Positions 17,216 through 28,123 of a stretch of 32,000 nt of DNA are shown here, piece after piece. The notes beneath the pieces were generated by a model. The model had not been told where the DNA came from, searched no databases, and saw only the letters and a program-made list of their open reading frames with translations. The position numbers were made by a program, and so were the translations under genes. The stretch lies in the NCBI RefSeq assembly GCF_009734345.1, contig NZ_CP032551.1, positions 1,350,001 to 1,382,000 of the forward strand, given 5' to 3'. The stretch comes from Pseudidiomarina andamanensis (lineage in GTDB: Bacteria > Pseudomonadota > Gammaproteobacteria > Enterobacterales > Alteromonadaceae). Within the stretch, counting starts at the first letter, position 1; each line of letters begins with the position of its first letter.

Positions 17216-17224
17216 GCCAGATAT

Positions 17225-17258
17225 GAAAAAGCCGGACTGAGTCAAACTCATTCCGGCT
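17225..17258 (-). terminator. rpsU-dnaG intercistronic terminator/attenuator (analogue of E. coli T1)
   Basis: Minus strand: AGCCGGAATGAG-TTTGA-CTCAGTCCGGCT (11 bp, one mismatch) followed by TTTTTC. Confidence 0.65.
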
Positions 17259-17317
17259 CTTCGAGGTCTGTGCTGTAGTGACACCGCTATCGGCTGTGCC
17301 GCTACGGTACCAGTTAC

Positions 17318-17545
<228 letters not shown>

Positions 17546-17637
17546 TCAATGAAAATTCTGTTGTTGAATTAGTTGAATCAACTGTGGATGAATAAATCTG
17601 GTTAAAAAATAACCACCACGATTAAATTTGGTGCTGA

Positions 17638-17666
17638 ATTGTAGCGAGTTCAGATCCTGATGTAAA
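17638..17666 (-). promoter_or_regulatory. rpsU operon sigma70 promoter
   Basis: Minus strand: TTTACA (17661-17666), 17 nt, TACAAT (17638-17643). This predicts a ~95-nt leader. Confidence 0.6.
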
Positions 17667-17692
17667 GCCTAAGATCAATTTTAATCACTATG

Positions 17693-17767
17693 ATTTGGGG
17701 AAGGAAGTGTCGCCACTGTGAGACAGGCTGAACAGGCTCACATTGGGGTGTAGCGACACTCCCAAAT
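17693..17767. other. 75-nt imperfect three-helix hairpin of unknown function
   Basis: Three helices: ATTTGGG/CCCAAAT (7 bp), AGTGTCGC/GCGACACT (8 bp) and TGTGAG/CTCACA (6 bp). There is a GAAGGA bulge, a 10-nt internal loop and a 14-nt apical loop carrying CAGGCT twice. No U-tract on either strand. Confidence 0.5.
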
Positions 17768-17830
17768 TCGTTAGGAACCAACGTTAAGTGCCAGCTCGAT
17801 GTGCATTCTCGCACACCTATGCGACGACAA

Positions 17831-17860
17831 TTGACGCACAATTTAAGTTTTTTCTAAATT
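17831..17860 (+). promoter_or_regulatory. candidate marC promoter
   Basis: TTGACG (17831-17836), 18 nt, TAAATT (17855-17860). Confidence 0.35.
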
Positions 17861-17931
17861 AATTTAAAAATCATGCAGTTCTGTAAATTAGTTTGTAAAC
17901 TATACATTCTTACTTCTTCTCGGAGCTTGTC

Positions 17932-19684
<1,753 letters not shown>

Positions 19685-19721
19685 TTATCACGGAAAAACA
19701 GTCCGAGGCGCTTAGTATACC

Positions 19722-20768
19722 TTAGCGCTCTGTTCGGGTCACAAACATTGCATCGCCATAACTAAAGAAGCGGTAGCGCTCTTGCACCGCTTCCGCATAG
19801 GCATTGAGCACGTGCTCACGTCCGGCAAAAGCCGACACCAACATAATGAGAGTCGATTCTGGTAAATGGAAGTTCGTGATCATGGCATCCACAATTTGGA
19901 ATTCATAACCAGGATAAATAAAAATATCTGTGTCAGAAAAGAATGGTTGTAGCGCCTCACCCTTTTGTTTCGCAGCTTGTGCTGCCGATTCCAGAGAGCG
20001 AACAGAGGTAGTACCAACAGCAATCACTCGTCCACCGCGCTGACGTGTCGCCTCAATAGCTGCAATGGTTTCTTCTGGCACTTCTGCATATTCACTATGC
20101 ATGTGATGCTCTTCGATATTATCCACACGCACTGGCTGGAATGTTCCGGCACCCACATGGAGTGTGACATAAGCAAACTCGGCGCCCTTCTTGCGCAACT
20201 GTTCTAATATCGCATCATCGAAGTGAAGACCTGCTGTCGGTGCAGCCACCGCACCAGGTTTTTTGTTGTAGACGGTTTGATAGCGCTCGCGGTCGCTGTC
20301 CTCATCGGGACGGTCGATATACGGTGGCAATGGCATATGCCCATATTGCTCAAGCACAGTTAATACCGGCTCATCGGTATTAAACTGCAATTCAAACAAG
20401 GCATCCTGGCGGCCGACCATTTCGACTTCCACCGCGCCTTCTAAAATCATTTTTGCGCCAGGTTTCGGTGAGCGGTTGCTACGCAAATGAGCGAGTACGC
20501 GGTGCTCATCGATGATCCGCTCAACCAGCACTTCAACTTTACCGCCAGATACCTTTTCACCCAGCATTCGCGCCGGTATCACTCGGGTATCGTTAAAAAT
20601 TAGAAGATCACCCGCTTGAATGTGGTCCACAATATTTTTAAAGGTTTGATGTGTCACCGCACCAGTTGTACCGTTCAGACACAGTAAGCGGCTAGCACTG
20701 CGCTCCGGTTGTGGATAACGTGCAATTAATTCATCAGGTAATTCAAAGCTAAAATCTTTAACGTTCAT
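19722..20768 (-). CDS. queA: S-adenosylmethionine:tRNA ribosyltransferase-isomerase
   Basis: 348 aa. [49 protein letters not shown]. Confidence 0.97.
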   Translation of the reverse strand: MNVKDFSFELPDELIARYPQPERSASRLLCLNGTTGAVTHQTFKNIVDHIQAGDLLIFNDTRVIPARMLGEKVSGGKVEVLVERIIDEHRVLAHLRSNRSPKPGAKMILEGAVEVEMVGRQDALFELQFNTDEPVLTVLEQYGHMPLPPYIDRPDEDSDRERYQTVYNKKPGAVAAPTAGLHFDDAILEQLRKKGAEFAYVTLHVGAGTFQPVRVDNIEEHHMHSEYAEVPEETIAAIEATRQRGGRVIAVGTTSVRSLESAAQAAKQKGEALQPFFSDTDIFIYPGYEFQIVDAMITNFHLPESTLIMLVSAFAGREHVLNAYAEAVQERYRFFSYGDAMFVTRTER

Positions 20769-20835
20769 GGCGGTTTCATCACAAGTTCAATTGGCGCGTA
20801 CTTTACCGTTTTTGCGGCTTGAAAAAAAGTGAAGG

Positions 20836-20865
20836 CAAAAAAAAGCGCGCCGAAGAAGGCGCGCT
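20836..20865 (-). terminator. rho-independent terminator (second of a tandem pair)
   Basis: Minus strand: AGCGCGCC-TTCTTC-GGCGCGCT followed by TTTTTTTT. Confidence 0.6.
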
Positions 20866-20935
20866 AAAAACGAGATGACAACCGACCATGGAGACCGGTC
20901 ATCTTTAATTACGATCGTTTATTCAAAAACGGATC

Positions 20936-20965
20936 AAAAAAAGAGCACCGAAGTGCTCTTTTTTA
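20936..20965 (-). terminator. rho-independent terminator of the pit operon (bidirectional architecture)
   Basis: AGAGCAC-CGAA-GTGCTCT hairpin flanked by A7 and T6. On the minus strand it is followed by TTTTTTT. Confidence 0.75.
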
Positions 20966-20980
20966 TCATGCCAATAGTCA

Positions 20981-22249
20981 TTAAACGCCAAACGCGGCTT
21001 TAATGATAAAGAAGAAAACAATCGACATGATAGCGCCGGCAGGCAGGGTCACTACCCACGACACCACGATATTACGGACAACACCTAAGTTAAGTGCCGC
21101 AATACCACGAGCCATACCAACACCTAATACCGCACCAACCAACGTTTGTGTGGTTGAAATTGGCAAACCTGTACCAGATGCAATAACAACGGTTGTTGCT
21201 GCTGCTAATTCAGCGGCGAAACCGCGGCTTGGCGTTAAGTGCGTGATGCCTTTACCAATGGTCGCAATAACGCGGCGACCAAGCATAGCTAAACCAAGCA
21301 CAATACCAAAAGCACCAACCGGAAGTACCCACCAAGCAAGCTTCGCTTTCGAGGCAATTTCACCACCACTCTCAACAACGCTAACAACCGCAGCTAGTGG
21401 ACCAATTGCGTTCGCTACGTCATTCGAGCCGTGCGCGAATGCCATGGCACAAGCAGTCACAATCATCAAAATTGCGAATACTTTCTCAACGTTGGTGTAA
21501 TGCATGTTTTTGTCAGCGGCAGGGTCAAATTTCAAACGTGAAATGAGAATTTTACCCAAGATACCAACAACGATACCGATACCAATGGCGAGTGAATACC
21601 CTTCAACACTGGTTAATTCGATACCAACGTGCTTCAAGCCTTTTTTGATTGTCACCAACGAAATCATGAAGCCTGTCAGTGCCATGTAAAAAGGCACATA
21701 GCGCTTTGCCATGTTCAATGGATTTTCACTATCAAAAATAAGCTTTTGAGCACTTAAGAAGACGAAGTAGGCGATAATACCTGCAATCATCGGCGTAATA
21801 ACCCAGCTACCGATAATTCCCAGTACTGAACCCCAGTTTACCGACTCAACACCAACACCAACGGCTGAGAAGCCGACAATGGCGCCAATAATTGAGTGAG
21901 TGGTTGATACTGGCCAGCCCGCCCACGATGCAATTAACAACCAAGTGCCAGCTGCAAGCAGTGAACCGATCATGCCAAATACCAGCAATTCTGGGGTATC
22001 GACAAAATAGGCTGACTCAATAATACCTTTGCGAATAGTTGAGGTTACTTCACCACCAGCCAAATAGGCGCCAGCAAATTCAAAAATCATCGCAACAATA
22101 ATGGCTTGCTTAATGGTTAAGGCTTTCGAACCAACGGATGTTCCCATGGCATTGGCGACGTCATTTGCACCAATACCCCAAGCCATAAATAAACCAAATA
22201 CCGCCGCTAGCACGATCAATGTCATGCTATATGTGCTTAAAATATCCAT
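20981..22249 (-). CDS. pit: inorganic phosphate transporter, PiT family
   Basis: 422-aa polytopic protein with duplicated GANDVANA(M/I)G PiT signature motifs. Confidence 0.9.
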   Translation of the reverse strand: MDILSTYSMTLIVLAAVFGLFMAWGIGANDVANAMGTSVGSKALTIKQAIIVAMIFEFAGAYLAGGEVTSTIRKGIIESAYFVDTPELLVFGMIGSLLAAGTWLLIASWAGWPVSTTHSIIGAIVGFSAVGVGVESVNWGSVLGIIGSWVITPMIAGIIAYFVFLSAQKLIFDSENPLNMAKRYVPFYMALTGFMISLVTIKKGLKHVGIELTSVEGYSLAIGIGIVVGILGKILISRLKFDPAADKNMHYTNVEKVFAILMIVTACAMAFAHGSNDVANAIGPLAAVVSVVESGGEIASKAKLAWWVLPVGAFGIVLGLAMLGRRVIATIGKGITHLTPSRGFAAELAAATTVVIASGTGLPISTTQTLVGAVLGVGMARGIAALNLGVVRNIVVSWVVTLPAGAIMSIVFFFIIKAAFGV

Positions 22250-22264
22250 CTAAATTACCCCGAC

Positions 22265-22945
22265 TTAGACTCGTGCAAGCATGAGCTCAAAACGTGCACC
22301 CACGCGCTCGGCTAGGTCGGCTAAATCACCAACCCAATCTAAAATTTGATACAAGAACATGGCATCAAGCGGGTTCATATCCTGCTCAAGCGCACGCAAC
22401 TGACGACGCAGCTTTACTTGCAGCGCATCAGTATCTTGCTCAATTTCGTCCAGTTCAGAAATCATTTTATCGACGATAGTCCGCTCACGGCCTTTAAAAC
22501 CAACCTCAAGCAGGTCATCAAATTCACCGATGGTTTCTTTCGCTTTATCCGTTGCATCTAAACAACGCGACAAATACGCATCAAAACCTTCAACCATCGA
22601 GGCAGGAATTTGCATTTCACGACCAGTCATCAAGCCTGAAATATCTTTCGCTTTATTCGCTATGCGGTCTTGTTGCGATACCAATTCTAATAAATCGGTA
22701 CGTTCAACGGGCATAAATAAACCGCCAGGGAGGTTCAATCGAATTTCGCGTTTAAGATCGTCTGCTGCTTTTTCTTTTTTGACGATTTCTTTGCGGTGAA
22801 TTTCAGCTTCTTCCCAGTTACCGTCATAGACAGCTTGGAAAAAAGGTTTTAAGGTCATTGCACAATCGTGCACTTGATCAATATGCTCGATCATTGGTTT
22901 GATCGGTGACTTGGCAAATACACCAAGAAACGAATTTGCAGACAT
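22265..22945 (-). CDS. DUF47 / TIGR00153 (PhoU-like) protein, partner of Pit
   Basis: 226-aa helical protein (ADDLKREIR..., EQDTD...). It lies 15 nt upstream of pit, the usual DUF47-PiT pairing. Confidence 0.8.
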   Translation of the reverse strand: MSANSFLGVFAKSPIKPMIEHIDQVHDCAMTLKPFFQAVYDGNWEEAEIHRKEIVKKEKAADDLKREIRLNLPGGLFMPVERTDLLELVSQQDRIANKAKDISGLMTGREMQIPASMVEGFDAYLSRCLDATDKAKETIGEFDDLLEVGFKGRERTIVDKMISELDEIEQDTDALQVKLRRQLRALEQDMNPLDAMFLYQILDWVGDLADLAERVGARFELMLARV

Positions 22946-23006
22946 AAAAGTTCGCCTTTGTTGCTGCGGATATATACGTAAGTTAAACCTGATTTCAGGT
23001 GCGCGA

Positions 23007-23035
23007 ATACTAACGAAGATTAATTAGTCACGCAA
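23007..23035 (-). promoter_or_regulatory. sigma70 promoter of the DUF47-pit operon
   Basis: Minus strand: TTGCGT (23030-23035), 17 nt, TAGTAT (23007-23012). Confidence 0.5.
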
Positions 23036-23115
23036 AGAATAATTTAACCATTGTGCTCAAACAATAACCTATCTATTGTGAATAAGTCACATTTCTTCAA
23101 GGAGAGACACCGAAC

Positions 23116-23862
23116 ATGTTTGAATGGATCATGATGCCCGAAGCTTGGCTCGCTTTATTAACGCTGACATTGCTCGAAATAGTTCTTGGTATCGACAATA
23201 TCATTTTTATTTCCATACTCGTTGGTAGATTACCCGAGGCCCAGCGTCAGAAAGCGCGCCAAGTTGGTTTAATGCTCGCGATGGGAATGCGAATTGCATT
23301 GCTGTTGGCGATAGTCTGGGTTATGGGGCTGACGAAGCCGTTGTTTTCAATTCTCGAATTCTCATTTTCTGGGCGCGATTTGATCTTACTTGGCGGGGGA
23401 CTGTTTCTTCTTGCCAAAAGTACGTTGGAAATTCATCACTCGCTTGAGGGAAGCGAAGCCGAAAAGTCAGCTGGGAAAGCTGCTACTTTTGGCGCAATTA
23501 TCACGCAAATAGCGGTTATCGATATCGTGTTTTCGCTCGATTCAGTTATTACGGCCGTTGGATTAGTTGAGCATGTGAGTGTCATGATTATCGCCGTGGT
23601 TGTTGCGGTACTAGTCATGTTATTAGCAGCAAAATCAATTGGTGATTTTGTCGATGCCCACCCGACCATTAAAATGCTCGCGTTGAGTTTCTTAATTCTT
23701 ATTGGCTTTACGTTGGTTGGCGAAGGTTTAGGATTCCACGTTCCAAAAGGCTACGTGTATTTTGCGATGGCGTTTAGCTTGGGCGTAGAACTACTGAATT
23801 TGCGAGTGCGAAAGCGTCGCGAGCCTGTTCACTTGAAGAAACGTATTGGCGACGGACATTAG
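23116..23862 (+). CDS. TerC family integral membrane protein
   Basis: 248 aa. LEIVLGIDNIIFISI and DIVFSLDSVITAVG are the paired TerC signature motifs. AAGGAGAG RBS. Confidence 0.85.
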   Translation: MFEWIMMPEAWLALLTLTLLEIVLGIDNIIFISILVGRLPEAQRQKARQVGLMLAMGMRIALLLAIVWVMGLTKPLFSILEFSFSGRDLILLGGGLFLLAKSTLEIHHSLEGSEAEKSAGKAATFGAIITQIAVIDIVFSLDSVITAVGLVEHVSVMIIAVVVAVLVMLLAAKSIGDFVDAHPTIKMLALSFLILIGFTLVGEGLGFHVPKGYVYFAMAFSLGVELLNLRVRKRREPVHLKKRIGDGH

Positions 23863-23875
23863 TCCGTCGCTTTAT
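23849..23875 (+). terminator. rho-independent terminator overlapping the terC stop codon
   Basis: GCGACGGAC-ATTA-GTCCGTCGC (9 bp) followed by TTTAT. The TAG stop (23860-23862) sits at the loop/stem junction. Confidence 0.6.
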
Positions 23876-23894
23876 CCGTCACAACACAACAAGC

Positions 23895-24701
23895 TTAGAA
23901 AGAGTAAACGAGGGTTACCGCTGTTTCGGTATCCAGCTTTTCTTTCGTTACATCTTCAAGATAGGAGTTGTGAGAGCCTGCTACTGAGAATTTCAACGCA
24001 AGCGAACTATTCACGTTCGCGGAAACAGAAATTTCTGCACGTGTCTTGGTGTTTTCTTCACCAACCTCAGTTGAGGCTAATGCATTGAACTTCGAGTTCT
24101 TCGAGATATCCCAAACAAGGTTACCCGCAAAACGCAAAATTGCACTGCTTTCTTGTTCTTGTGGAATTCCGCCAACAATTGGTTTATTGACCGAGTAACC
24201 AGGACCCACTTCATAGTCCGCATACAATGCTTCGCTATAGCGGTAGCGTGCACCATAACCCACAGCGAAAGTGCCTTGATACTCGTAACCACTGAATTTA
24301 TCTTCTTCATATGAGCCAAAAACAAACACAGAAGAGCGACTTTCTGGCGCAAATTTGTAGTTACTTTGTGCTGACAGGAATGTCTTATCGCCGGTTAGAA
24401 TCGTATCACCTGTCGCTTGATCTTGTTGTTCCGAGCGATAGTAATCAATGACCCCTTTGTGGCGCCAATTCTCAACATCGCGAGCAAGATTCAGCTTGGC
24501 CTTGAAGGTTTCAGTTTCGGTATTTCCTGAGGTGAACAGCAAGCCCAATTCTGCACTCGCGTCCCATTCCGTTTTTGTTTCAGTATCTAAATCACTGACA
24601 TCGTCATACATAAAAATACTTGCCGACGCAGCTGAGCTAGCGAACCCAAAAGCCGTAGCTAGAGTTAATGATAATAATGTTAAGCGCACATGGACCCCCA
24701 T
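23895..24701 (-). CDS. DUF481 (YdiY-like) outer-membrane beta-barrel protein
   Basis: Signal peptide ...ATAFGFASSAASA. Alternating beta strands, SGNTET motif, terminal ...VTLVYSF*. The start may instead be the GTG at 24689, which follows GGGGG. Confidence 0.7.
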   Translation of the reverse strand: MGVHVRLTLLSLTLATAFGFASSAASASIFMYDDVSDLDTETKTEWDASAELGLLFTSGNTETETFKAKLNLARDVENWRHKGVIDYYRSEQQDQATGDTILTGDKTFLSAQSNYKFAPESRSSVFVFGSYEEDKFSGYEYQGTFAVGYGARYRYSEALYADYEVGPGYSVNKPIVGGIPQEQESSAILRFAGNLVWDISKNSKFNALASTEVGEENTKTRAEISVSANVNSSLALKFSVAGSHNSYLEDVTKEKLDTETAVTLVYSF

Positions 24702-24729
24702 CCGTTTTTCTTTGATTCGTCATTCCTAA

Positions 24730-24761
24730 GAAGCCTTAATTATTATACAGATTAAGGCTTC
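24730..24761 (-). terminator. 11-bp hairpin downstream of fba (terminator candidate, poor U-tract)
   Basis: GAAGCCTTAAT pairs with ATTAAGGCTTC around a 10-nt loop. Confidence 0.4.
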
Positions 24762-24777
24762 GCTTGCTAAGGGAGAT

Positions 24778-25842
24778 TTAGTTCACTTTAGCGTCTAATT
24801 CGCCCCGTTCGTAGCGCTTAAACATGTCTTCAAGCGATATTACTTTAATTTTGCTGGCTTGACCTGCACAGCCAAACGCCTCGTAACGCGCCTTACAAAT
24901 TTCGTACATAGCGTCAGTTGAAGCCTTCAAGTACTTACGCGGATCAAAGTTGCTGGTATTTTGTGCCAAGTGGCGACGAATCGCACCGGTTGAGGCCAAA
25001 CGTAAATCGGTATCGATATTCACTTTACGTACACCGTGTTTGATGCCTTCAGCAATTTGCTCTACTGGTACACCGTAGGTTTCTGGAATTTCACCGCCAA
25101 ACTCGTTGATTACCTTTAACCACTCTTGCGGTACTGATGATGAACCGTGCATGACCAAGTGCGTATTTGGAATGCGCTTATGGATTTCTTTGATGCGATC
25201 AATCGCCAAAATATCACCAGTTGGTGGACGCGAGAACTTATACGCACCATGCGAGGTTCCGCAAGCAATCGCCAACGCATCAACATTCGTTGCACGAACA
25301 AACTGTGCTGCTTCTTCTGGGTCGGTTAACAATTGGTCATGCGTTAATTTACCTTCTGCACCAACACCGTCTTCTTCGCCAGCTTCACCTGTTTCAAGCG
25401 AGCCTAAAACACCTAATTCGCCTTCAACCGAAACACCACAAGCGTGCGCCATGGCGACAGCTTCTTGGGTGACTTTCACGTTGTAGTCGTAGTCTGCTGG
25501 TGTTTTTCCATCTTCTTTCAACGAACCGTCCATCATCACTGAGCTGAAGCCAAGCTGAATTGAACGCTGACAAATAGCTGGCGAGGTGCCGTGATCTTGG
25601 TGCATAACCACTGGAATATGTGGCCACTCTTCAATTGCTGCCAAAATGAGGTGACGCAAAAATGGGGCTCCCGCATAGCTACGTGCGCCAGCTGAAGCTT
25701 GCACGATTACCGGGCTGTCGGTTGCATCTGCAGCTTCCATAATGGCGCGCATTTGCTCGAGGTTGTTCACGTTAAATGCAGGTACGCCGTAATTGTTTTC
25801 AGCTGCATGATCAAGCAACTGACGTAGTGAAATCAATGCCAT
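24778..25842 (-). CDS. fba: class II fructose-bisphosphate aldolase (354-aa subtype)
   Basis: [26 protein letters not shown], and KVNIDTD.R. Confidence 0.95.
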   Translation of the reverse strand: MALISLRQLLDHAAENNYGVPAFNVNNLEQMRAIMEAADATDSPVIVQASAGARSYAGAPFLRHLILAAIEEWPHIPVVMHQDHGTSPAICQRSIQLGFSSVMMDGSLKEDGKTPADYDYNVKVTQEAVAMAHACGVSVEGELGVLGSLETGEAGEEDGVGAEGKLTHDQLLTDPEEAAQFVRATNVDALAIACGTSHGAYKFSRPPTGDILAIDRIKEIHKRIPNTHLVMHGSSSVPQEWLKVINEFGGEIPETYGVPVEQIAEGIKHGVRKVNIDTDLRLASTGAIRRHLAQNTSNFDPRKYLKASTDAMYEICKARYEAFGCAGQASKIKVISLEDMFKRYERGELDAKVN

Positions 25843-25878
25843 GTAATGTTCTCCTAATTTCCTATTGGGTTTGGCGTA

Positions 25879-27063
25879 TTAGCCGTTCAACGCGCGTTCT
25901 TCCAGAATCGCGACAGCAGGTAATTTTTTACCTTCTAAAAACTCTAAAAAGGCACCGCCACCGGTTGAGATGTAGCTGATTTTATCAGCGATGCCGTACT
26001 TATCAATTGCTGCAAGTGTATCGCCACCACCAGCAATCGAAAACGCTGGGCTGTTGGCAATAGCGTGAGCGAGAGCTTTGGTGCCTTCACCGAATTGATC
26101 GAATTCAAATACTCCAACAGGACCATTCCACACAATCGTACCGGCTTGTTCAAGAATCTTTGCAAAAGCGGATGCAGTATCTGGACCAATATCAAATACC
26201 ATGTCATCGGCGGCAATACTGTCGACAGATTTAGTTTCTGCATTAGCTTCAGCGCTAAACTCTTTACCAGTAACCACGTCGCTTGGGAGTGGGATATCTC
26301 CACCCTTTGCTTGCGCCGCGGCGACAAGACGCTTGGCTTCATCAATTAAGTCTTCTTCGTACAATGACTTACCAACGTTATGGCCGGCGGCAGCAATAAA
26401 CGTATTGGCTATACCGCCACCAACAATCAATTGATCCACAACGTTAGATAATGATTCCAGAACCGTGAGTTTAGTTGAAACTTTCGAACCACCCACAATG
26501 GCTACCAGCGGACGAGCTGGGTTCGCAAGCGCTTTACCAAGTGCATCCAGTTCTGCAGCCAATAACGGGCCGGCACACGCAACATCCGCGAATTTCGCAA
26601 CGCCATGCGTTGAGGCCTGCGCACGGTGAGCAGTACCAAATGCATCCATCACGAACACATCACACAGAGCTGCTAGCTTTTGTGCCAAGACATCATCGTT
26701 TTTCTTTTCACCTTTATTGAAGCGAATGTTTTCAAACACCACCACTTCGTTGCTATTGACTTCGATACCATCAAGATAATCTTTCGCAAGGCGAACCGGC
26801 ACGTCTAATGCGTCGTTTAAGTAGTCAACGACAGGTTGCATAGAGAACTCAGCGTCGTACACACCTTCTTCTGGGCGACCTAAATGTGACATCACCATCA
26901 CTTTTGCGCCGGCATCAAGTGCTGCTTGGATAGTCGGCATTGCTGCACGTAAACGTGCATCAGAGGCGACCTTGCCATCCTTAATCGGTACGTTTAAATC
27001 TTCGCGAATAAGAACTCGCAATCCTTCAAGATCCAAATCCGCCATGGTAATTACAGCTGACAT
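25879..27063 (-). CDS. pgk: phosphoglycerate kinase
   Basis: [26 protein letters not shown] matches the E. coli Pgk N-terminus. SHLGRP and GGGDT also present. Confidence 0.97.
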   Translation of the reverse strand: MSAVITMADLDLEGLRVLIREDLNVPIKDGKVASDARLRAAMPTIQAALDAGAKVMVMSHLGRPEEGVYDAEFSMQPVVDYLNDALDVPVRLAKDYLDGIEVNSNEVVVFENIRFNKGEKKNDDVLAQKLAALCDVFVMDAFGTAHRAQASTHGVAKFADVACAGPLLAAELDALGKALANPARPLVAIVGGSKVSTKLTVLESLSNVVDQLIVGGGIANTFIAAAGHNVGKSLYEEDLIDEAKRLVAAAQAKGGDIPLPSDVVTGKEFSAEANAETKSVDSIAADDMVFDIGPDTASAFAKILEQAGTIVWNGPVGVFEFDQFGEGTKALAHAIANSPAFSIAGGGDTLAAIDKYGIADKISYISTGGGAFLEFLEGKKLPAVAILEERALNG

Positions 27064-27097
27064 ATCTTTGCCTCGTCTAATAATTTCAATTCAGTAA

Positions 27098-28123
27098 CTA
27101 ATTCCTAGCAAGCATTACTTGCGCGGTATCTAACATGCGGTTTGCAAATCCCCACTCGTTATCGCACCAACACAATACTTTAATGAGTCGCTTATCAGCG
27201 ACGCGTGTTTGGGTGCCATCGACAATGCTCGAACGCGGGTCATGGTTAAAATCAATCGATACCAATGGCTCTTCCACGAAACCTAATATACTTGCCATCG
27301 GGCCGCGTGCTGCGTCAGATAGCACTTCATTGACATGTGTCACGGTTACCGATGTATTGACCGTTACGCTCAAATCCATGGCTGTAACATTGGTTGTGGG
27401 CACGCGCACTTGGATTGCTTCAAAACGCCCCGCAAACTTCGGCAAAATTCGTTCAATACCGCGCGCGAGTCGCGTATCGACCGGAATAATCGAACGCCCA
27501 GCAGCGCGCGCTAACCGCGGGTCAGTATGATAGGCATCGATGACTTGTTGATCATGCATTGCTGCATGAATCGTAGTGATAGCGCCACTGTCGATACCAA
27601 ACGCATCATCGAGCACCTTAATAACTGGCACAATACAGTTCGTGGTACAAGAGCCATTTGATACCCATTTATGCTGGGCTTCAATGGCATCTGAGTTCAC
27701 GCCGTAAATTGCGGTAAAATCTAAATCTGCACTACCCGGCTGCGAAAAGAGCACCTTTGGAACGCCGGCTTTTTCATAGGCAGCGCCATGCTCAGGGTCA
27801 CCATGAACACCAGTACAATCTAAAACCAAGTCGAGTCCTAAATCACGCCAATTCAAATTTTGAATTTCGCTTTCTGCTGACACGACAATGCGATCACCGC
27901 CAACCTCAAGATGATGTTCATCACGCACAGCAACTGGGCTTTGAAAACGACCATGACTGGTATCGTATTTTAATAAGTGTGCCATCGCCTCAACCGGTGC
28001 CAGCTCATTAATCGCAACAACTTCCATATGGTTGCGATAACCACGCTCGTACAAAGAGCGCAGCACACTGCGCCCAATACGTCCAAATCCATTGATACCA
28101 ATACGAGCTGGTTTTACACCCAT
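27098..28123 (-). CDS. epd: erythrose-4-phosphate dehydrogenase
   Basis: INGFGRIGR...VVAINELA...[14 protein letters not shown] is closest to E. coli Epd (GapB) as I recall it. SCTTNC active site. It has the canonical position between tkt and pgk. Its ATG overlaps the tkt 3' end by 10 nt. Confidence 0.85.
   Translation of the reverse strand: MGVKPARIGINGFGRIGRSVLRSLYERGYRNHMEVVAINELAPVEAMAHLLKYDTSHGRFQSPVAVRDEHHLEVGGDRIVVSAESEIQNLNWRDLGLDLVLDCTGVHGDPEHGAAYEKAGVPKVLFSQPGSADLDFTAIYGVNSDAIEAQHKWVSNGSCTTNCIVPVIKVLDDAFGIDSGAITTIHAAMHDQQVIDAYHTDPRLARAAGRSIIPVDTRLARGIERILPKFAGRFEAIQVRVPTTNVTAMDLSVTVNTSVTVTHVNEVLSDAARGPMASILGFVEEPLVSIDFNHDPRSSIVDGTQTRVADKRLIKVLCWCDNEWGFANRMLDTAQVMLARN

Noticed and set aside
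17777-17794. Sigma-54-like CTGGCAC-N-TTGG on the minus strand
   Set aside because: The -12 element is TTGG rather than TTGC, and it is displaced by one nt relative to the GG(-24)/GC(-12) spacing. No obvious target gene lies downstream.
17650-17841. 63-aa minus-strand ORF with an N-terminal CxxC, lying in the rpsU-marC intergenic region
   Set aside because: TTG start, no Shine-Dalgarno, no internal Met. It spans the 75-nt hairpin and runs across the predicted rpsU promoter. It is more likely non-coding.
20875-21003. 42-codon plus-strand ORF (MTTDHGDRSS...) between queA and pit
   Set aside because: No credible RBS. It reads through a terminator hairpin and into the antisense of the pit 3' end. 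The region is better explained by RNA structure.
21003-21500. 165-aa plus-strand ORF, the longest 'extra' ORF in the track
   Set aside because: It is entirely antisense to the well-supported pit gene. The translation is low-complexity (Thr/Ala/Pro/Ile-rich), with no RBS and no recognisable motifs. It is the mirror-frame artefact typical of membrane-protein genes.
23077-23091. TGTGA...TCACA looked like a CRP site upstream of terC
   Set aside because: The half-sites are separated by 5 nt, not the canonical 6, and the flanks do not match the 22-bp CRP consensus. It is retained only as an unassigned palindrome.
22946-23115. Expected a yybP-ykoY Mn2+ riboswitch upstream of the TerC-family gene
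   Set aside because: The conserved GGGGAGUAG and UUGACA...AGACC cores are absent. GGAGAGACA near the ATG is simply the RBS.
25106-25486. 126-aa plus-strand ORF. Similar antisense ORFs occur at 27135..27530, 19119..19517, 16370..16708, 1720..2070, 8675..8980 and 18003..18314.
   Set aside because: All are embedded antisense in, or out of frame with, highly conserved genes (fba, epd, tgt, dnaG, perM, S10 peptidase, marC). They have biased composition and no RBS, so I treat them as shadow ORFs.
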